Assembly (NCBI GenBank): GCA_021794075.1
Contig: JAJYRM010000005.1
Span: 6,620-70,619, forward strand
DNA from: Bacteroidota bacterium
Lineage (GTDB): Bacteria; Bacteroidota; Ignavibacteria; Kryptoniales; JAKASW01
Length of the DNA stretch: 64,000 nucleotides
Reading direction: 5' to 3'
Part shown: positions 45,393 through 55,321 of the stretch, piece after piece
Layout: every line of letters starts with the position of its first letter
Position numbering within the stretch: position 1 is the stretch's first letter
Notes under the pieces: model-generated
Databases searched by the model: none
The model's input: the letters and a program-made list of their open reading frames with translations, nothing else
What the model was told of the DNA's origin: nothing
Translations under genes and position numbers: made by a program

Positions 45393-46295
45393 CTACTTCC
45401 CCGTCAAAACCGACTTGAACACATATCCAGCGACCTGCGGATTTTCCTTGAAACGTCTTATCGAATATGCGTACCATTGCTTCCCAAAAGGGACATACAC
45501 GCGAAGCTTGTGCCCATCTGCCACGATCCGGTCCCTTAGATCCTGTCTTACGCCATACAGCATCTGGAACTCATAACCGTCCGGCTGCAAATGATCGCGG
45601 CTCAGAAGGTCGTATGCCGCCCGTACCAGCATGTCGTCGTGAGTCGCGATTCCGATCTTGCACCCGCCTTCCATCAGCATGGTCATGAGCTTCACGTAAT
45701 TCTTTCGTATTTCATCCTTTTCCTTGAACGCGATCGACTCAGGCTCGACATAGATGCCCTTACAAAGCCTAACGCCCGCCTTCATGTCGATCAGTCGCCT
45801 GACGTCTTCCTCACTCCGGCGTAGATACGCCTGTATCACGACGCCCGTGTTTTCGAACCCGGCCTTACGAAATCTTTCGTAGGTATCGAGCGTAGCCGCA
45901 GTAACATTTGAATCTTCCATATCGATACGAACGAATATGCCGAGGCTCTTCGCCGTATCCATGACTCTTTTCACATTTTCAAAACAAAAATCCCTGTCTA
46001 TGCTGAGACCGAACTGGGTAAGCTTGATCGAAAGATTCGCGTTGAGCTTATTCTTTTCGATCATCTTCAGAACCTCGATGGCCGCATCGGAAGAGGCAGA
46101 TGCCTCCTCTTTTGTGTTCACGTTCTCACCGAGGACGTCAATCGTCGCCATCATCTTTCTGGAATTGAGTTCTTTCACCACCTTTTTCGCATCTTCGATA
46201 TACTCGCCTGCGATGTAACGCATGGCGAAACGCTTCACGAATCCTTTTGGGAAAAGCTGGAGCGTCGAAACTATGACATTGTTCAGCGGGTTCAT
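45393..46295 (-). CDS. Proline dehydrogenase (monofunctional)
   Basis: 300 aa with TIDVLGENV, VRIDMEDS, YVPFGKQWYAYSIRR and ENP. Confidence 0.85.
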   Translation of the reverse strand: MNPLNNVIVSTLQLFPKGFVKRFAMRYIAGEYIEDAKKVVKELNSRKMMATIDVLGENVNTKEEASASSDAAIEVLKMIEKNKLNANLSIKLTQFGLSIDRDFCFENVKRVMDTAKSLGIFVRIDMEDSNVTAATLDTYERFRKAGFENTGVVIQAYLRRSEEDVRRLIDMKAGVRLCKGIYVEPESIAFKEKDEIRKNYVKLMTMLMEGGCKIGIATHDDMLVRAAYDLLSRDHLQPDGYEFQMLYGVRQDLRDRIVADGHKLRVYVPFGKQWYAYSIRRFKENPQVAGYVFKSVLTGK

Positions 46296-46306
46296 TCATT
46301 CTCCAT

Positions 46307-46696
46307 TTAGAGTTGGGTTGTACTTCTTCGCCCGGCAAATCCCGAATCGATCGGGTGCCAGAACAATATGTCCTCCTCACCTAGTTTGTAACAAAGGTAG
46401 ACTTCTTCGTCATTCTCCCTGATATGCGGAAAGTCTATCAGGCCGTCATCCAGACTCTTCACGAGCACGCCTTGCTCCGTAAGTCTCCTTACGATGGTCA
46501 CAAGTTCGTCAAGCTCTTGAGGATACGTCCCGGAACCGTTGGGTCCGGCGCCGCCGAAGTAGCGGTGCCGATAAACATCATAGCCCTTAGCTCCAAGAGA
46601 GTTCTTCAGCGCGACAATTCTCGATAGATCCGGAAGGATCATACTCAAAAGCGATCGGGCCTCCCCGAGTGTGAAGTGCCTGGCATGAAGCGGCAT
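46307..46696 (-). CDS. DUF2203-like protein
   Basis: FTLGEARSLLSMILPDL and GLIDFPHIRENDEEVYLCYKLGEEDILFWHPIDSGFAGRR. The family is recalled from memory. Confidence 0.6.
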   Translation of the reverse strand: MPLHARHFTLGEARSLLSMILPDLSRIVALKNSLGAKGYDVYRHRYFGGAGPNGSGTYPQELDELVTIVRRLTEQGVLVKSLDDGLIDFPHIRENDEEVYLCYKLGEEDILFWHPIDSGFAGRRSTTQL

Positions 46697-46999
46697 GTGA
46701 AAATTTATCAGAGCTGTCCCCGAGAATCAAATCATGGATAGAACCGCGTGACCGGCGAAACTGATTTTATCTCCTGTCTTTGTTAACTTTCGGTTCATTC
46801 TCATGAACCTATTCATGGATAAGTGATGCATATGAACGAGTTCAATATTTCCCGAGAGCGGGGATCGGCCGATATCTTGTCGATGCCGCGTCGCGCAGGC
46901 TTTCATGCCCCCACGTCGCCTGAAACATACAGGCACCGAACCGTCTTGAAGCTCGGTACGCTTCATCTTCTAAAGGCGAACCGTACGCTGAAATATCTT

Positions 47000-48985
47000 A
47001 TGATCACAGCATTCGCATCTTTATCCATTCTACTCGCTTCGTGTTCTTCAGAATCTTTCGTCGACCTGGCCTCGTTGAAATCGAGTCTCAACCTGAAAAC
47101 TTTTCCGGGAAGGAAGCAATACCCGAACGCTGATGCAGTCATATTATCCAACGTTCACGATGTGCAGGCAATGATCGATCGCGACGGCGATGTCGAGACA
47201 AATGAGTCTGTCACGAAGGTGATAAAGCTCCTCCGGAACGTGGATGAACACGCTTCCGTACAATTAGAAGTTTACAGCGGCCAGAGTATTTTCGGGTTGA
47301 AGGCGAGGACGATTGAACCAGACGGCAAATCCATAGTGCTCTCCAAGCGCGACTTTCACATTATAACCGGCGCGGGAAGCGATTACATCTTCTACTCCGA
47401 CGAAAAAAAGATCCGCTTCACCTTTCCTGCTGTGCAGAAAAACTGCGTCATAGAATACCATTACGGCATACACGAAACGCATCCATTCGTGCAGGACGTA
47501 TGGCAAATTCAGAGCCGTTACCCGGAGCTGATAAATACTTACCGCCTCACAGTCCCGGTTCTTCTGCTCCTCCCTCCGGCCCGCGGCGGCTATGGATGGA
47601 ACTGGAGATACAAGATTTACAACAGCAGCCTGGGCAAGCCGGAGTACGAACAGGATGCGGATGCCGACACGCCTCCGAGCGAGCAGACCGTCACACTCAC
47701 TTGGACTAAGCGAAACATCCCGGCATTCAAGCCCGATCCTATGATGCCGCCCGCATTGGATTACATCAAGTACGTGAAATTCGCTCCTTCTGCCTGGAAA
47801 ACGTGGAATGATATATCGAGATGGTATTACGGCTACCTTTTCAAACCGCAGCTCGAGATAACGCCGGACATCGTTCAAAAGGCAAAAGACCTGACAAGGG
47901 GTTGCCATACAGACTCCCAGAGGATTGAAAAGCTCTTCGATTACGTTCAGAGCCTGAGGTACGTTGCAGTCGAGCTTGGTGAAGGTGGATATCAGCCGTC
48001 AAGACCAGAAACCGTGATGAGAAGAATGTACGGCGACTGCAAGGACAAGTCGATTCTCCTTATAAGTTTGCTTCGCAGTTTAGAAATCACGGCGAGGCCG
48101 GTCCTCGTGCTGACTTCCGATGAAGGCGAAGTGGATCCGGATTTCCCAAGCTGGATGTTCAATCACATGATAGTCAAAGCCAGAACCAGAAGCGGCAAAT
48201 CCTACTGGCTCGACGCGACAGCTGACCACTGCGCTCTCGGCGAGCTCCCGTACATGGACCAGGGAACCAACGCTCTAGTTCTCAATTACGACAACACCTC
48301 AAGAATCGAAACAATCCCTTCAAGCACATTCACGCAAAACGGGCAAAACATGGTGGCACACGTGAACGTGGACACTAGCGGAACCGCAACATTTTCGGTC
48401 GCGATACAGTTCAACGGAGAGGAGAACCTGGAAGCGAGGTCATTCCTGACGGGCAAGAGCCGAGATGAAATAGTCGCCTACTGTAAATCTCTCGTAGCCA
48501 GAAATTTCCTGAACGTGCACGTAAAGGACTACTCTTTCATCAACATCGCAAACCCTGATACCAGTCTTATAATGAGAATCCGTATCAAAGCGGCGCACGC
48601 AATGCGGGACCAGGGAGGCCTGAAAATCCTTGATATCGACCCGTTTAGAATTTCTGGCGACTGGACATGGCTGTCTGCTAACTCGAGGAAATACCCGATG
48701 GACTTCGGCTATCCGAGGCTGATCACAAAGACCATTGACGTCTCTTTGCCAAGCGGATATAGCGTTTCGGAGCTTCCGAGCAAGATAGTCTCAAACACCG
48801 CCGGGCTTTATTTCACGAAATATTACACCCTTACAGACAGCTGTCATTTCATTATCAGCGAATCGCTTGCGATCACCGGAAGAATTGTCTCACACAAAGA
48901 TTATCAGAAGGTCAGAAATTTTGCCGAGAAGATGCTCGACGCGTCGGAAACCCCCATAGCCCTTTACGAAAGGCGGCACAGATAG
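47000..48985 (+). CDS. Lipoprotein with a transglutaminase-like core (DUF3857/transglutaminase/DUF3858-type architecture)
   Basis: Start at ATG 47000 (MITAFASLSILLASCS). The catalytic Cys context is RMYGDCKDKSILLISLLRS. The upstream 59 codons of the track ORF have no signal peptide and look non-coding. Confidence 0.8.
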   Translation: MITAFASLSILLASCSSESFVDLASLKSSLNLKTFPGRKQYPNADAVILSNVHDVQAMIDRDGDVETNESVTKVIKLLRNVDEHASVQLEVYSGQSIFGLKARTIEPDGKSIVLSKRDFHIITGAGSDYIFYSDEKKIRFTFPAVQKNCVIEYHYGIHETHPFVQDVWQIQSRYPELINTYRLTVPVLLLLPPARGGYGWNWRYKIYNSSLGKPEYEQDADADTPPSEQTVTLTWTKRNIPAFKPDPMMPPALDYIKYVKFAPSAWKTWNDISRWYYGYLFKPQLEITPDIVQKAKDLTRGCHTDSQRIEKLFDYVQSLRYVAVELGEGGYQPSRPETVMRRMYGDCKDKSILLISLLRSLEITARPVLVLTSDEGEVDPDFPSWMFNHMIVKARTRSGKSYWLDATADHCALGELPYMDQGTNALVLNYDNTSRIETIPSSTFTQNGQNMVAHVNVDTSGTATFSVAIQFNGEENLEARSFLTGKSRDEIVAYCKSLVARNFLNVHVKDYSFINIANPDTSLIMRIRIKAAHAMRDQGGLKILDIDPFRISGDWTWLSANSRKYPMDFGYPRLITKTIDVSLPSGYSVSELPSKIVSNTAGLYFTKYYTLTDSCHFIISESLAITGRIVSHKDYQKVRNFAEKMLDASETPIALYERRHR

Positions 48986-49062
48986 AAGCCTCCTTCGCAC
49001 ATCCCCGGTACCTCAAATCGACTTTCCGCCTGCTACCTTCAGGACGCAATTGTCAAAAAAAA

Positions 49063-51819
49063 CTATCTGTCACCATTTGCGGACTTGTCTAGCACTTCCC
49101 TGATTTTTCTGAGCACATCGTTCGGGCTATACGGCTTTTGAATGAATCTGTCGACGCCGATTTCGAGCATCTTCTGCCGGTCCGCATCGCCTACGAATCC
49201 ACTTACCAATATCACCTTCACTTTGGGATTTAACTTCCTCATCTCCACGAACAGATCGAGCCCACCCACTTTAGGAAGCCCGATATCTGATACGACAAGC
49301 TGCACACTTCGGTCATCAAGAAACAAGGCAAGGGCTGCTTCCCCATCATCAGCCGTAAGTACCTTGTATCCATGGCTTCTCAAAATATCGGAAAGCAGCT
49401 CCCTTAGTCCGGGCTCATCTTCAACCACAAGGATACTCTCATTCCCACCCGGCGCCGCATCCGAGCGGGCGAACGCCGGATCGGATTGATGGTCAGCCCG
49501 CGCGCGCGCCGGCAGGAGAAGCGTGAATGTCGAACCCTTTCCCGGCTCGCTCTCAACTTCGATGATCCCTTCATACGAGCTGACGATCCCATAGACAGTC
49601 GACAACCCAAGCCCCGTTCCTTTTCCTCTCTCCTTAGTGGTGAAGAACGGTTCGAAAATCCTTTGTTTAGTATCTTCGCCGAAACCGACGCCGGTATCAG
49701 AAACGGCTATGAGTGCGTAAGTGTCCGCTTGCGCCATCGGGTGCCTCTGCTGAACGTCGCTGCCTTTTTCCAGCCGGGACGAGATCGTCAGCGTGCCTCC
49801 CGCCAAGACACCTGCGGGGCGATCCATCATTGCATCACGGGCGTTTACGCAGAGATTCAGAACCGCCTGGTGGATCTCCGTTTGATCGCAGTTGACTAGA
49901 AGCTCTCCATCGGCAGCAGACATCTTCATGGAGATTACTTTGGGGAAAGTTTCCTTAACCATTTTATAAACATCGTCTACGATAGAGGTGACATCGAGCG
50001 TTTGAAGGACTCGTTCCTGTTTCCTGGCGAACATCAGTAGCTGGCGGACAAGACCCACACCCCGCTCCGCCGCGGACTCGATTGAATGTACATTGCGCTC
50101 GAGGATCTTGTCTTCTTTAGCAGAGCGCAATGTGAGAGTGGCATAGCCAATTATTATCCCCAGTAAATTATTGAAGTCGTGCGCGATGCCTCCTGCGAGT
50201 GTGCCGATACTCTCCATCTTCTGAGCCTGGCGGAGCTGCTCCTCAAGCGCAACCTGAGACGTCACATCGCGGGCGATGCCAAGTATGCCGGTCGAGCCGT
50301 CCTCCATCGTAAAACGGGTAGTGCTGGCTTCCACCACGATGTAGCTTCCCGATTTGCTCCTAATTCGAAATGTCTCAAAATCCGAAAGCTCGCCATTGAT
50401 CGCCGACTGAAACAGCTTCGCTGCTGAAGGCAAATCATCCGGATGAAGCAGATCAGTAAAGCTCTTTCCGATCCACTCATCCGGTCTCCATCCGGTAATG
50501 GTTCCAAAGGCCGGATTAACACTCAATATCCTCCCTTCGCTCGATACTGCATATATGGCGTCACGCGCACCTTCCACAAGCTTGCGATACCTCTCTTCTG
50601 AACGTCGAAGTGATTCCTCGGCGCGCCACCTTTCTGTGATGTCCTGCGCGATAGTTATTGCATAACGCAGGCTCCTGTCTTCACCACGGATCGCAGAGAT
50701 GGTAAGGTGGACTCTGATGATCCTGCCGTCCTTCCTGAGATATCTCTTTTCGAACTGTACAATCTCACATTTCCCGGACTGAAGGTCGGCCATCATCTTC
50801 ATGCCTATGCCCGTGTCATCAGGGTGGGTGAAATCGTTGAAATGTCTATGCTGGAGTTCGTCGGCTTCATATCCGAGCAGTTTTGTCGCCGCAAGGTTTG
50901 CTTTCAAAATCCGCCCGTCAGGAGTCACATTGGTCATGGCGACCGGGGACGACTCAAAAATGCCTCTAAACATCTCCTCGCTTTCGCGCAGCGCTAGCTC
51001 TGTTTGCCTGGATATGGTAATGTCTCTTATCATCGCAAGGACGGATATTTCATGGTCCACTTGCATCGGCGAAAGCATAATGTCGGCGGGAAACTCACTT
51101 CCGTCCTTTCGTTTTGCCACCAGCTCGAGTCCCGAGTTCAATGCGCGGGCATGAGGGGCAATTCTGTAAGAACCCATGTGACCACGATGCATTCCTTTGA
51201 ATCTGTCAGGTATTAGAATTTCGAGCGGCTGACCGATAAGTTCGTCCTTACTATATCCGAACATATTCTCGGTGTGTACGTTCGCGAAAGTGATCAGGCC
51301 ATCGGAGTCCACAATGATTGCGGAATCTGGCGCGCAATCGAGGAGCCCCCTGAACCTGGCTTCGCTCTGTTTGAGATTTTCCAGGGCCGACTCGCGTCGC
51401 ATCTCCGACAGCTTCAACTCTTCTTTCGCTTTGGATTCAGTTATTGCTCTACGAACTGCCGGAGCCAACCTCGCCATCTTGGATTTCAACACGTAATCTG
51501 TCGCCCCTTGTAATACGCACTCGATAGCGGCGTCCTCGCCAAGAGTGCCGGAAACAAATACAAATGGAACCTCGGGAACGCACGCTTTAGTTATCGTGAG
51601 CGCTTCCCTCCCGTCAAACGAAGGAAGAGATAAATCCGAAAGGATCAGATCATATTTCCCCGTCGCTATTTCAGTTTCAAATTCCGTACGGGTCCTGACT
51701 ACATGGATGCGACAGACAATCCCAGACTCGGCAAGTGTGTCGCGGACGATTTCCGCGTCCATAGCGTTGTCTTCCACATGGAGGATCTTAAAAGCAAGTT
51801 GGTCATCCGTATCAAACAT
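49063..51819 (-). CDS. Hybrid sensor histidine kinase (REC, 3 PAS, HisKA, HATPase, REC)
   Basis: N-terminal REC (ILHVEDNAMD...LILSDLSLP). PAS repeats (e.g. SAIIVDSDGLITFANVHTENMFGY). H-box GGIAHDFNNLL, G-box GTGLGLSTVYGIV, and C-terminal REC (ILVVEDEPG...VVSDIGLP). Confidence 0.9.
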   Translation of the reverse strand: MFDTDDQLAFKILHVEDNAMDAEIVRDTLAESGIVCRIHVVRTRTEFETEIATGKYDLILSDLSLPSFDGREALTITKACVPEVPFVFVSGTLGEDAAIECVLQGATDYVLKSKMARLAPAVRRAITESKAKEELKLSEMRRESALENLKQSEARFRGLLDCAPDSAIIVDSDGLITFANVHTENMFGYSKDELIGQPLEILIPDRFKGMHRGHMGSYRIAPHARALNSGLELVAKRKDGSEFPADIMLSPMQVDHEISVLAMIRDITISRQTELALRESEEMFRGIFESSPVAMTNVTPDGRILKANLAATKLLGYEADELQHRHFNDFTHPDDTGIGMKMMADLQSGKCEIVQFEKRYLRKDGRIIRVHLTISAIRGEDRSLRYAITIAQDITERWRAEESLRRSEERYRKLVEGARDAIYAVSSEGRILSVNPAFGTITGWRPDEWIGKSFTDLLHPDDLPSAAKLFQSAINGELSDFETFRIRSKSGSYIVVEASTTRFTMEDGSTGILGIARDVTSQVALEEQLRQAQKMESIGTLAGGIAHDFNNLLGIIIGYATLTLRSAKEDKILERNVHSIESAAERGVGLVRQLLMFARKQERVLQTLDVTSIVDDVYKMVKETFPKVISMKMSAADGELLVNCDQTEIHQAVLNLCVNARDAMMDRPAGVLAGGTLTISSRLEKGSDVQQRHPMAQADTYALIAVSDTGVGFGEDTKQRIFEPFFTTKERGKGTGLGLSTVYGIVSSYEGIIEVESEPGKGSTFTLLLPARARADHQSDPAFARSDAAPGGNESILVVEDEPGLRELLSDILRSHGYKVLTADDGEAALALFLDDRSVQLVVSDIGLPKVGGLDLFVEMRKLNPKVKVILVSGFVGDADRQKMLEIGVDRFIQKPYSPNDVLRKIREVLDKSANGDR

Positions 51820-52522
51820 TTGACTTCTCGTCCTTTAGCATAACGTACAATGCGCCGCCAAATGCCATTATCTCCAGTTTAATCAATTGGTTGAACGCAT
51901 CGCCCATTCATTCTTCGAACATTCATATTCTTCTGTTTTCTGACTTGGGTTCCGCCCTCCGATAATCGCTAATTGGAAACGGCTTGTCATAAGTATTCCG
52001 CCTCGGCAACAAGAGAAGATGCTTCACGTCGTCTCGCTTGGAAATGTCCCGGACGACTTTGGACTGCGGCGTTCTCGTCTCATAGATAACAAACGATTCT
52101 TCGGAAGGTCTGGTCCATATAGCTTCAGTTTGATGCTTGTTCATCAAAGCATTCCAGAAATCCACCTCCTTCTTAACCCAATCCGACCTGCAACGACAAG
52201 TGGCTAACACGAATCGTCATCAAAACTTCTCCGTAAAAGAGTCGGCATCAGGACCGACCCGACAAAGCTTCAAGTCTCCGGCCATCCCGGGAAACAACGT
52301 AAACCGCCGGTCGGCCAGACAAGCCTTATGCTCCCGTGAACATGCTGAATGAGTACTACTTTTGAGTTAACAGGATTGCCAAGGACGAGGTTCCTATTTC
52401 GATAACACTACCGACACTTCCATGCAGGAGCTACGGGATCCACGCGACGTGTGACGGTGTTGAGCTCCGATCCTATTCGTGAATTGGCAAAGATGACATC
52501 GCCGCATCAGGCCCCTAGTAGA

Positions 52523-55027
52523 TTAATTAAGAGAAACGATGCGTCCTCTATGAGACAGCACCTGACGAATTCTGACAGCCAATTCATTGAGGTCAAATGG
52601 CTTTTGAATGAAATCCAGTGGTCGGACGCCGTTCGATCCCTCTTCGAATCTATCTAAACTGTATTCAAACATGAAAAGCGTCTTCAGCCCTTCCCTCTGT
52701 CTGGAAATCTTCTTGCTCAGATCCTTCCCGCTCATCTCCGGCATAACTGCGTTCGTCACCAGAAGATGTATCTCTCCTGAATATGACTCCACCAGAACTT
52801 CGGCGTCGACCGGGCTTGAAGAAGCGATGACATTGTATCCGCACTCCTCCAAAAATGTCTTCATCAGAGTCAGCAGATCGGCTTGGGCTTCAACGACAAG
52901 CACGGTCTCAGTACCCCGCATCGATTCATTGGCGGAACGCAGTTCGACATTTTGAACGGCGCCGACGAATCTTGGGATGTAAACCGTAAAACCGCTTCCC
53001 TTCCCGAGTTCGCTCTTCACTTCGATAGTACCACCGCTCTGCTTGAGAATTCCGTAGACCGTCGAGAGCCCTAATCCCGTGCCGTGCCCTTTAGGTTTAG
53101 TAGTGAAGAAAGGTTCAAAGAGACGCTTCAAAGTCTTCTCGTCCATCCCACGGCCATCGTCCTCAAATTCTACGGTAACGTACTCACCCGGAGCAAGGCG
53201 CAATCCTGTAGGAATATCTTCTCTTGTGAACTTCCTATTGAAAGTTTTTACGGTAATCGTCCCTTCGCCTTCGATCGCATCTTTAGCGTTAGTCACCAGG
53301 TTAACGACAATCTGGTCAAACTGAGTCGGATCAATCTTCACGTTCCAGAGCCCGCTTTCAGGAACAAAGACCAGCCGGATCTTCTCTCCGATAATTCTAT
53401 GCAACATGTTTACTATCGAGTCGATGGAAGAGTTTATGTTTATTACTTTGGGAGAGACAATATCTTTCCTTGCGAAGGCGAGGAGTTGCCTGGTCAGGTC
53501 GGCTCCGCGCTTAGCCGCGGCAAGTATGGATTCTATCGGCTTCCTGGCAGGATCGTCATCCGTGAGTTTTCGTCTCAAGAGGTCGCTATAACCCACCACG
53601 ACATTCAGGATGTTGTTGTAATCGTGCGCCACTCCGCCAGCGAGCTGCCCGATTGCCTCAAGCTTCTTGGATTGGAGAAGCTGTTCCTCCAAAAGCTTGC
53701 GAGCAGTAATGTCCTGCTTGACGGCGACGAAGTTCGTGATCTCCCCGCGATCGTTTCGCACCGGAGTGATGGTCATTGACTCGTCATAGAGAGATCCGTC
53801 TTTGCGTCTGTTCACGAGCTCTCCGTGCCAAACGTTCCCGGACAGAATCGAATCCCACATGTCCTTGTAGAAAGTCAGCTTTTGCTTTCCTGAGCTCACC
53901 AGCTCTTTTGGGCTCTTGCCGGTTACCTCATCGAGCGAGTAACCGCTTAGCGCCTCGAAGGCCGGGTTCGCCCAGACTATGTTGCCCTCCCTGTCAGTAA
54001 TGATAACAGCGTTCCCTGCCGAGTTCAGTGCCGTAATGCGAAGATGAATCTCTTCCCGCAGCTCCCGCAGTTGTGTTACATCTTTCACGATCGTCTGAAC
54101 CGCGGACTCGCCTCTGAAAACAACCGGCATGCTGGATATTTCGACAAATGCAACTGACCCGTCAAGTTTCAGTAACTTCCCTTCGGTGGGCCGCGACGAA
54201 ATTCCTTCTTCACCAGGTTTTGCCAGGAGAGTCGAAACGAGTTCTCGCGAATCGGGATGAACAAATGTCATTATTGACTTCCCAAGAAGCTGCTCCGATG
54301 AATCAGCCTTCAGCAACTTCAATGAAGCCGGGTTAAGATGCAGGAATCTCGCGCGAGCGTGGATCACGATCGCGTCCGGTGAGGCATCAATGAATGAGAT
54401 GTAACGCGATTCGTTTTCTTGCGCGAATTCTTCGGACCTTCGCATATCGTCGCGCTCTTCTTCCGCCACCCGCAGTGCCAGTCGCACCCGCCGAGTCGCA
54501 AAAATCGAGACCGACGCCGCCAAAAAAAGGAAGAAGATATGCGGCAGGAGCATGCCCAACGAAAGTCCTCTCGATAAGGAATGGATTAATCCGTCCCTGA
54601 TTAGAAGCGCAAAGATAATTTCCGTCACGGCACAAACAGCTGCCGCAAAATATCCAGCCCGCTTTCCGAAAAGAAGTCCCGCCGTAACGACAACCAAAAG
54701 GTATCGATTGTTGTCGAGAGGTATCCGGTTTGAATAAAGAACACCGACAAGCGTCAAAACTCCCCACGCAGTTATGAGTAGAAGAATAATTGCGGGCCTT
54801 GTTCTTCCGCTTGAGTTCATCTTAAGACCGACACAAAACGCAGCTGTCATAGGAAGGAAGAAAGTCATCCACACGATAGAATTAGCCGGATGAACAATCG
54901 TGAGTGCTGCCCAAAGCAGCGTCAAAGCACCGGTCGATAGCCAAATATAGTAGTAGAAGTCCCACGCGAGTGAGCCCGTCTTAGGATCGCCCACAGTGGC
55001 AGGCTTGAATGGCAAATTCATATTCAT
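52523..55027 (-). CDS. Membrane-bound hybrid sensor histidine kinase (~6 TM, 2 PAS, HisKA, HATPase, REC)
   Basis: Hydrophobic N-terminal ~190 aa. PAS (DAIVIHARARFLHLNPASLKLL; NAVIITDREGNIVWANPAFEALSGY). H-box GGVAHDYNNIL, G-box GTGLGLSTVYGIL, and C-terminal REC. Confidence 0.9.
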   Translation of the reverse strand: MNMNLPFKPATVGDPKTGSLAWDFYYYIWLSTGALTLLWAALTIVHPANSIVWMTFFLPMTAAFCVGLKMNSSGRTRPAIILLLITAWGVLTLVGVLYSNRIPLDNNRYLLVVVTAGLLFGKRAGYFAAAVCAVTEIIFALLIRDGLIHSLSRGLSLGMLLPHIFFLFLAASVSIFATRRVRLALRVAEEERDDMRRSEEFAQENESRYISFIDASPDAIVIHARARFLHLNPASLKLLKADSSEQLLGKSIMTFVHPDSRELVSTLLAKPGEEGISSRPTEGKLLKLDGSVAFVEISSMPVVFRGESAVQTIVKDVTQLRELREEIHLRITALNSAGNAVIITDREGNIVWANPAFEALSGYSLDEVTGKSPKELVSSGKQKLTFYKDMWDSILSGNVWHGELVNRRKDGSLYDESMTITPVRNDRGEITNFVAVKQDITARKLLEEQLLQSKKLEAIGQLAGGVAHDYNNILNVVVGYSDLLRRKLTDDDPARKPIESILAAAKRGADLTRQLLAFARKDIVSPKVININSSIDSIVNMLHRIIGEKIRLVFVPESGLWNVKIDPTQFDQIVVNLVTNAKDAIEGEGTITVKTFNRKFTREDIPTGLRLAPGEYVTVEFEDDGRGMDEKTLKRLFEPFFTTKPKGHGTGLGLSTVYGILKQSGGTIEVKSELGKGSGFTVYIPRFVGAVQNVELRSANESMRGTETVLVVEAQADLLTLMKTFLEECGYNVIASSSPVDAEVLVESYSGEIHLLVTNAVMPEMSGKDLSKKISRQREGLKTLFMFEYSLDRFEEGSNGVRPLDFIQKPFDLNELAVRIRQVLSHRGRIVSLN

Positions 55028-55280
55028 CTAAAAGGTTCGTCCTGCCGAATTAATAGAAGGCCTGTTGAATCGCTCATCATCATAAACTATTGTGCAGCTC
55101 CGTAAATGTTCATGTCTTTTTCGATACAGTATTCTACAATGATACTTCGGAATTTTCAGCGCATTCTAAAATCTCGGTCAGGCGGCGATCTGATTCCCGA
55201 AGAAGGTTAAATACCAAACAACAGCATTCTGCCGCACGGTTCCCTGCGAAATTAAGATTCAGCATTCGTTTCAAATCGCC

Positions 55281-55307
55281 GTCGGACGGAATTGAATTCC
55301 GCCCGAC
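55281..55307 (-). terminator. Hairpin downstream of the PQQ-propeller gene
   Basis: GTCGGGCGGAATT/AATTCCGTCCGAC forms a 13-bp stem with one mismatch, 15 nt after the stop. Only a weak T-run follows. Confidence 0.45.
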
Positions 55308-55321
55308 AGTTCATGATCCTA

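Noticed and set aside
47264-47908. A 214-aa minus-strand ORF.
   Set aside because: It is antisense to the transglutaminase-like lipoprotein gene, has no recognisable domain, and is Arg-rich and low-complexity.
51923-52210. A 95-aa GTG-initiated ORF between the two hybrid kinases.
   Set aside because: It has no family resemblance, no convincing ribosome-binding site at a usable start, and lies isolated in a long spacer. It is mentioned in a finding but not called as a gene.
53084-53779. A 231-aa plus-strand ORF.
   Set aside because: It is antisense to the HisKA/HATPase region of the 834-aa hybrid kinase, whose motifs are intact. It is a shadow ORF.
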